Shown: in pieces, positions 57,880-64,000 of the stretch
How positions within the stretch are numbered: the stretch's first letter is position 1
How the letters are laid out: each line of letters begins with the position of its first letter
From: Kiritimatiellia bacterium
GTDB lineage: Bacteria; Verrucomicrobiota; Kiritimatiellia; JAAZAB01
DNA: 64,000 nucleotides
Reading direction: 5' to 3'
Assembly (NCBI GenBank): GCA_040767085.1
Contig: JAXGPF010000005.1
Span: 224,001-288,000 of the forward strand
Translations under genes and position numbers: made by a program
The notes under the pieces: generated by a model
The model's database searches: none
What the model was told of the DNA's origin: nothing
The model's input: only the letters and a program-made list of their open reading frames with translations

Positions 57880-60800
57880 ATGGACGATGCGCCTAAATTC
57901 AAAGGGTTTGAAATTCTTGAAACCCTGCCGCGCGGTGGCATGAGCACTGTTTACAAGGCCCGCCAGATATCGCTCGAGCGTATCGTGGCCCTGAAAACGC
58001 TTCCCCCCAACCTTGCGCGTCATCCCGGCGACATTGACAAGTTCATTTACGAAGCCCGGATCACGGCCAGCCTCAAGCATCCCAATATTGTCCAGGTGTA
58101 TGACTTCGGCAAAACCGAGGATGGCGTCTATTATTTTGTCATGGAATTCGTTTCCGGGTACAACGTGGCCCACTGGATCCGGCGCAAGCAGCGGATTTCT
58201 CAGGAAAACACCCTGCTCATCGCCCAAAGCGTGGCCGACGCCCTGAAGTACGCCTGGGAACACGACCGCATAATCCACTGCGATATCAAGCCTGACAACA
58301 TCATCATTGACAGCGACGGCTCGATTAAAGTTGCCGACCTGGGCCTGGCCCGGAGCATTCATTCCATGGCTGACAGCGGCGAAACGGGCGTGGTCTTCGG
58401 CACCCCGAACTATATCGCCCCCGAGCAGTCCCGCGGCGACGCCGCGCTGGACTGCCGTACCGATATTTACGCCCTGGGCGCCACCATATACCACTGCCTG
58501 ACCGGCCGGATGCCGTTTGCCGAACTGCCGCCCCAGGAAATCATGGATCGGCAAATCACGGACACCATACCGGATCCCCAGGAGATTCACCCGGCCATCG
58601 CCACTGGCAGCGCCTGCCTGATTGAAAAAATGATGCGCAAAAATCCCGCCGACCGCCAGCCGGACTGGGACGCGGTGATCCAGGACATCATCCAGGTGCG
58701 ATCCGAAAAATTACCGGCGGGCGATTTCCGTCAGTACCTGCCCAGCACGGCCCGGCGCTGCCAGTTGCGGGAACAGCACCTGCGGGACATCTACCGCCTG
58801 CTGGACCAGCAGATTACCCGGCGCACCGACGGCCTGCCGGAAGGGCGCTACCTGCGCGGATACTGGCTGGCGGAATCCCAGCATCCGCGCCCCCTGCCCC
58901 GCGCGACGCCCCGGCCGGCCGCCCGGCGGACGCTCCTGGAAAAAACCGCCGCCATCCTGCTGTTTACGGCCGTGCTGGTTTTTGCCGGCCTGATCCTGCG
59001 CCGCTGGCCGGCGCAGGGCCGCGCCCGCGGGACCCAGCCGCCGGCGGCGCCGGCGCCGCCGGCGGAGGCTTCCGCGCCGGCGCACGATTCGCCGGCGCCG
59101 GTCATGGACGATCAACGGGACCAGTTGGCGCGCGAGCTTTACGACACCACCCTGCAATGGCTGACGGAGCATCCGGGTCTGTTTAACGAAGCCATCCGCA
59201 AGTTCGAACAGGTTGCCGCCGACACGCGGGGCACCCATTACGCGGCCCTGGCGCTGGAGCAGGCGCAAAAGCTGCGCCAGGGCAAAAACCGCGCCATCAA
59301 CCGGCTGATGCAGACATTGCGGGACCAGGCCGAGCAATTGGGCGCCCGCCATAATTTCGAAGAGGCCGCCGCGGTATTCTCCGGATATAAAGGCGAATTT
59401 GCCGCCGAAACCGCCAAGCAGCGCCGGGCCCAGGCCGAAACATGGCAGGCGCGCGCCACGGCGCACCGGAAGGAAAAGCAAGTCCAGCAAGAGGCGGCTT
59501 CGCGCCAATGGCGCCAGGTGCTGACGGCGGTGGCGGACGCCGTGCTCACGGAAAACTTCGAATCCATCGGCGAACGTCTGCAAGCGGCTTTCGGCGACAG
59601 CAACCTGGCGGAACACCGCCTGGAACTGCGGGAGATGGAGTCCCTCTGCCAGGCGGCCGCGGAATTGGATCGGCGGCTGCTGGCGACCTTCCTGCCCCAG
59701 AAGGGCCTGACGCTCGATCTGCGCCTGAAACAGGGGGTGGATAAACTGACCATCCGCGAAGTGACGGACAAGTCCGTCCTGGCGGAAAAAATCAGTCCGG
59801 TCGGCGGCGGCTATGCCATTCAGCCGCAGGAGGTGCGCCTGGCGGATTTGACACTGGTGGAACTGCAGGAACGCCTGGGGTCTTCCACAGCGCCTGAAAC
59901 CTCGCTCCTGCGCGGCATGCTGGCCATGCGCGAGAAGAATTTCGATGCGGCGGCGCGCGCTTTCGAAAACCTCGGGGAACCGCTGGGTTCCGTGCTGGCC
60001 AAGGCCGTGACGCACCAGCGCAACCGGCAGCGCGAACAGGAAGCCTGGGCGGAGATGGCTCAAATCCTGGCACGCGTGCAAATCAAGCTGGAAGATCCAC
60101 CGGGGAACGGCCAACTTGCCGCCCTGCTCAAGCAGCGTAAATTCTCGGCCCTGGAAGCGCGCTTCATCAACCATGCCGCCGCCGTCTTCCAGGCGCGTTA
60201 CGCCGGCACCGATTGCGCGCGGCAGGCCGAACCGCTCTGGCAAATCGGCCGCGCCGCCGCCGCGGCCGCGGATGCCGGCGCGAACGGATCGGGAGCGGAC
60301 CCCGACGCCGGCCGCACCCCCCATGCCCTGCTGAAAACCAGCCTGGCCAATCACAATCCCGGCCTGCAGGAACATGAAATTATCTGCCAACTCGATCCGC
60401 AGGGCCAGCCGGACCGCCTGGAAATCGTTTCCCCAAAAATCAGAACCCTGCAACCACTGGAACAGATTCCGCGGCTGCGCGAACTGATTTGCGGCGGGCA
60501 ACGGCCGGCCAACCGCTCGGACACGATCATCCTGGCGCCCCTGGACGATTTGGAGCCGCTGCGCAACCTGCCCCTGCAGACCCTCTCCCTGGCTTATACC
60601 CGCGTTAGAAACCTGGCGCCCATCCAGGGCATGTTATCCCTGACGCGCCTGAGCCTGGCGCAGACTGACGTCGCCGATCTCGCCCCCCTGTCCAATCTCC
60701 GCCTGACGGCGTTGGATATCAGCCACACCAAGACCGGCGACCTGGCGCCGTTACAGGACATGCCGTTACGGGAATTGAACCTGAACCACACCGGCATCGC

Positions 60801-61293
60801 CGATATCGGCGTCCTGCGCGGCAAATTCCTCGCGGATTTGCGCGCCGCCCATACCCGCATCCGCGAATTGACCCCCCTGGCCGGCATGCCATTGAATACG
60901 CTGGACATCCGCGGCGCCGCCGTCAGCGATTTGAGCCCGCTGGCCGGCATGCCGCTGGAACGGCTGGACCTGGCCGGCACCCAGGTCAACGATCTGAACC
61001 ACCTGCACGGCATGCCGTTGAAATACCTGGATATCAGCGGCACGGAAATCAAAAACATCGCCGCCCTCCGCGGTATGCCGCTGCGCTTCCTGAATATTCA
61101 GCGCACCGCCATTAAAGACCTTTCCCCGCTGCAGTACGCCGGCATCGAAGAAATCTGGCTGGATTACCAGCCCTTCCGGAATCAGCGGGATACCGGCCGC
61201 GCCTTCACGGAAATTTTGCGCCAGATGCCCGCCCTCACTACGGTCAATGGCATGCCTTGGCGGCCGAATGGCGACCGCCGCAATCGGGAGTGA
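57880..61293 (+). CDS. Hanks-type Ser/Thr kinase with a TM segment and C-terminal leucine-rich repeats
   Basis: GGMSTVYKA, VALK, HCDIKPDN, DLGLA, GTPNYIAPE; TM at about aa 358-373; ~21-aa 'LSPLAGMPLERLDLAGT' repeats. Confidence 0.92.
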   Translation: MDDAPKFKGFEILETLPRGGMSTVYKARQISLERIVALKTLPPNLARHPGDIDKFIYEARITASLKHPNIVQVYDFGKTEDGVYYFVMEFVSGYNVAHWIRRKQRISQENTLLIAQSVADALKYAWEHDRIIHCDIKPDNIIIDSDGSIKVADLGLARSIHSMADSGETGVVFGTPNYIAPEQSRGDAALDCRTDIYALGATIYHCLTGRMPFAELPPQEIMDRQITDTIPDPQEIHPAIATGSACLIEKMMRKNPADRQPDWDAVIQDIIQVRSEKLPAGDFRQYLPSTARRCQLREQHLRDIYRLLDQQITRRTDGLPEGRYLRGYWLAESQHPRPLPRATPRPAARRTLLEKTAAILLFTAVLVFAGLILRRWPAQGRARGTQPPAAPAPPAEASAPAHDSPAPVMDDQRDQLARELYDTTLQWLTEHPGLFNEAIRKFEQVAADTRGTHYAALALEQAQKLRQGKNRAINRLMQTLRDQAEQLGARHNFEEAAAVFSGYKGEFAAETAKQRRAQAETWQARATAHRKEKQVQQEAASRQWRQVLTAVADAVLTENFESIGERLQAAFGDSNLAEHRLELREMESLCQAAAELDRRLLATFLPQKGLTLDLRLKQGVDKLTIREVTDKSVLAEKISPVGGGYAIQPQEVRLADLTLVELQERLGSSTAPETSLLRGMLAMREKNFDAAARAFENLGEPLGSVLAKAVTHQRNRQREQEAWAEMAQILARVQIKLEDPPGNGQLAALLKQRKFSALEARFINHAAAVFQARYAGTDCARQAEPLWQIGRAAAAAADAGANGSGADPDAGRTPHALLKTSLANHNPGLQEHEIICQLDPQGQPDRLEIVSPKIRTLQPLEQIPRLRELICGGQRPANRSDTIILAPLDDLEPLRNLPLQTLSLAYTRVRNLAPIQGMLSLTRLSLAQTDVADLAPLSNLRLTALDISHTKTGDLAPLQDMPLRELNLNHTGIADIGVLRGKFLADLRAAHTRIRELTPLAGMPLNTLDIRGAAVSDLSPLAGMPLERLDLAGTQVNDLNHLHGMPLKYLDISGTEIKNIAALRGMPLRFLNIQRTAIKDLSPLQYAGIEEIWLDYQPFRNQRDTGRAFTEILRQMPALTTVNGMPWRPNGDRRNRE

Positions 61294-61297
61294 CGTT

Positions 61298-62674
61298 ATG
61301 CGATATATCAGCACCCGCGGCGGCGACACCGCCGATTTTTCCGGCGCCGTGCTGGCCGGACTGGCGCGCGATGGCGGGTTGTTCATGCCCGCGGCCATCC
61401 CGGATGTCCGCGCCCGCCTGCCGGACTGGCGCGCGCGGCCCTACCCGGAACTGGCCTGGGAAATCATGCGCCTTTATGCCGGCCTCCCGCCGGAAGACCT
61501 GCGCCGGCTGATCCAGAACGCCTGCGCCGCGTTTGCGCACCCGGAAATCACGCCCCTGCGAAAGTTGGGCGGCTTGCGTCTGCTGGAACTGTTTCATGGC
61601 CCGACGCTGGCCTTTAAGGACCTGGCCCTGCAATTTCTCGGCGGCCTGTTCGAATATCTCCTGGAGCGCAACGGCGGGCAATTGAATATTCTGGCCGCCA
61701 CCAGCGGCGACACCGGCAGCGCGGCCATCCATGGCGTCAAGGGCCGCGCGCGCCTGCGCATTTTCGTGCTCTACCCGCACGGCCGGATCAGTCCCGCGCA
61801 GGAACTCCAGATGATCACCGTACCGGACGCCAATGTGCATACGCTGGCGCTGCAGGGCACCTTTGACGATTGCCAGCAGATCGTGAAAGACCTGCTCGGC
61901 GACCTCCCGTTCCGCGACCGCTGCCGCCTGGGCGCGGTCAACTCCATCAACTGGGCGCGCATCCTGGCGCAGGTCGTTTACTACTTTTACGCCGCTTTCC
62001 GCGCGATGGATGAAACCGGCTGCGCCGGCGTGCGTTTCGCCGTCCCCACCGGAAATTTCGGCGATATTTTCGCCGGCTACATCGCCTGGCGCATGGGGCT
62101 GCCCATCCGCCGCCTGGTGCTGGCCACCAACGAAAACGACATCCTGGCCCGATTTTTCCAGACCGGCGTCTACGAACGCGGGCCGGTGCGGGCGACCGTC
62201 AGCCCGTCCATGGATATCCAGGTGGCCAGTAATTTCGAACGCTACCTTTATTGCCGGCTGGAGGGCGATGTCCGGCAACTGCGGACCCTGATGCAAACTT
62301 TTGCGCAAACCGGCCGGCTGCAGTTGCCGGCCGGGCCGGCCGGCGTGATCGATCCGCTGTTCTGTTCCGGATCGGCGGACACCGCGGCTACCCTCGCGGT
62401 CATCCGCGACTGCCATGTCCGGCACGGCTACCTGCTCGATCCGCATACCGCCGCCGGGGTGCACGTCGCCCGGCAGTTCCTGCAGCCTGGCGAACCGATG
62501 ATCTGCCTGGCCACCGCCCACCCGGCCAAGTTCGGCGAGGCGGTCCGCCAGGCCGTCGGGAGCGATTTAGCACGCCACCCGGCGCTGGACCGCCTGGCCC
62601 GTCTGCCGGCGCGCCGCAATGTCTGCCCGGCGGAACCCGGCGCCGTGCGGGCATTCATTGAGCAGCGCCTATGA
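61298..62674 (+). CDS. thrC: Threonine synthase
   Basis: MRYISTRG, GLARDGGL, ELFHGPTLAFKD, ATSGDTG, NSINWAR, VPTGNFG, ATAHPAKF. Confidence 0.96.
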   Translation: MRYISTRGGDTADFSGAVLAGLARDGGLFMPAAIPDVRARLPDWRARPYPELAWEIMRLYAGLPPEDLRRLIQNACAAFAHPEITPLRKLGGLRLLELFHGPTLAFKDLALQFLGGLFEYLLERNGGQLNILAATSGDTGSAAIHGVKGRARLRIFVLYPHGRISPAQELQMITVPDANVHTLALQGTFDDCQQIVKDLLGDLPFRDRCRLGAVNSINWARILAQVVYYFYAAFRAMDETGCAGVRFAVPTGNFGDIFAGYIAWRMGLPIRRLVLATNENDILARFFQTGVYERGPVRATVSPSMDIQVASNFERYLYCRLEGDVRQLRTLMQTFAQTGRLQLPAGPAGVIDPLFCSGSADTAATLAVIRDCHVRHGYLLDPHTAAGVHVARQFLQPGEPMICLATAHPAKFGEAVRQAVGSDLARHPALDRLARLPARRNVCPAEPGAVRAFIEQRL

Positions 62675-63228
62675 AAATCATTACAATGTTAGCCCTGGCC
62701 CTGGCGCTCTCCATGGACGCCCTGGCCATTGCCATCGCAAGCGGTTATGCCATCAAGCGCCTGCACCTGCATTACGCCATGCGGATTGCCTTCAGCTTCG
62801 GCGCGTTCCAGTTCCTCATGCCCATTCTCGGCTGGCTGTGCGGGTGCAAAATCCAGGCCCTGATCGCAGCCTTCGACCACTGGGTGGCTTTCGGCGTGCT
62901 GTCCTTCATCGGCGGCAAGATGATTTATGAATCCTTCACCCTGTCAAAAATCGAACGGCCCGACACGCCCATGAGTATGCATACGCTTCTGGTCCTATCG
63001 CTGGCGACCAGCGTGGATGCGTTGTCGGTCGGTTTCAGCCTGTCCCTGCTGGAGGTGTCGATCATTACGCCGGCGCTGGTGATCGGCGCGGTAACCTTCG
63101 CGTTATCGCTGGCGGGCGTGTTCATCGGCGACCGGCTCGGCCATTGCTGCGAGGGTAAAATCGAAGTCGCCGGCGGGCTGATCCTGATCGGCATCGGCGT
63201 GCGGATTCTCTGGCAGCACCTGTGCTGA
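62671..63228 (+). CDS. mntP: Manganese efflux pump MntP family
   Basis: LSMDA, FQ.LMP..GW, ATSVDAL, GGLILI.IG. Confidence 0.9.
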   Translation: MKIITMLALALALSMDALAIAIASGYAIKRLHLHYAMRIAFSFGAFQFLMPILGWLCGCKIQALIAAFDHWVAFGVLSFIGGKMIYESFTLSKIERPDTPMSMHTLLVLSLATSVDALSVGFSLSLLEVSIITPALVIGAVTFALSLAGVFIGDRLGHCCEGKIEVAGGLILIGIGVRILWQHLC

Positions 63229-63247
63229 ACGTATGCATCCGGCGGAA

Positions 63248-64000
63248 TTAAAACGGCAGATCGTACTCCCGTATTTTGCGCTGGATGGTGCGCACCGCCA
63301 GGCCCAGTTCGGCGGCGGCCGGCGCGCGGCGGCCCTGGTGCCGGCGCAGGGACTGCAGCAGGGCCGCGCGCTCGACTTCCGCCATGGTCAGGCCGGGCGG
63401 TATGGACGCCGGCTCGCCGGCCGGCGGCGCGCCGCCGCCCAGTTGCAGGTCGGCGGCCGCCAGCCGCGGCCGCGCCGCCATCAGCACCGACGCTTCCACC
63501 GCGTGTTTCAATTCGCGGACATTGCCCGGCCAGGCATACTGCTCCAGGCGCGCGTAGTAGTCCGGCTCCGCCCCCTCGATATGCCGGCCATGCTCGGCGC
63601 ATGCCCTGGCAATGAAATGATCGGCCAGCGGCCGCACATCCGCCGGCCGCTCCCGCAGCGGCGGCACGGTTATGGCCACCACCTGCAAACGGTACAGCAG
63701 GTCCCGCCGGAATTGGCGCTCTGCCGCCAGGACATGCAAATCCTGGTTGGTGGCGGCGACGATCCGCACATCCAACCGCACGGATTGCCGACCGCCCAGG
63801 CGGGTGATTTCTTTTTCCTCCAGCACCCGCAGCAGACGCTCCTGCACCCGCGGCGGCGCAATGCCGATCTCATCCAGGAATAACGTGCCGCCCTGCGCGC
63901 GCTCGAACGCTCCCGGATGCCGTTCCGCCGCGCCGGTGAAGGCGCCCTTTTCATGCCCGAATAATTCCGACTCCAGCAGCGATTCCGCCAGCGCGCCGCA
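63248..64000 (-). CDS. Sigma-54-dependent transcriptional activator (AAA+ plus Fis HTH), C-terminal part only
   Basis: [41 protein letters not shown]. Confidence 0.95.
   Translation of the reverse strand, partial: CGALAESLLESELFGHEKGAFTGAAERHPGAFERAQGGTLFLDEIGIAPPRVQERLLRVLEEKEITRLGGRQSVRLDVRIVAATNQDLHVLAAERQFRRDLLYRLQVVAITVPPLRERPADVRPLADHFIARACAEHGRHIEGAEPDYYARLEQYAWPGNVRELKHAVEASVLMAARPRLAAADLQLGGGAPPAGEPASIPPGLTMAEVERAALLQSLRRHQGRRAPAAAELGLAVRTIQRKIREYDLPF

Overview
GC-rich bacterial chromosomal window. The secreted FG-GAP/DxDGDG proteins, DUF4838/DUF4159-type proteins and kinase-LRR fusion suggest a PVC-superphylum organism such as Kiritimatiellia or Lentisphaerae; this is inference only. 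Housekeeping genes include ppdK (partial), queE/queD, gdhA, dnaE, an rsmB-like methyltransferase, purM, thrC, mntP, a sigma-54 activator (partial) and tRNA-Leu(TAA). One complete IS1202-family/ISNCY element with a 16-bp target duplication sits in the gdhA divergent promoter region. An AraC-associated cluster of about 14 kb encodes large carbohydrate-active-like proteins. The most interesting unexplained items are: (1) a ~445-nt non-coding element at 5825-6269 whose ends and nested internal helices pair with G·U wobbles consistently on the + strand, a candidate large structured RNA or MITE; (2) an ExbB(zinc ribbon)-ExbD-ExbD motor with a TonB-like Pro-rich protein ending in DUF4159, an FG-GAP protein and two TPR proteins, but no TonB_C domain or receptor; (3) a 6S-like rod next to the tRNA; (4) two TIR-bounded cassettes carrying REP pairs; (5) a receiver/ATP-grasp PEP-synthase-like protein divergent from gdhA. 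All product calls come from motif recognition by eye, with no database searches.
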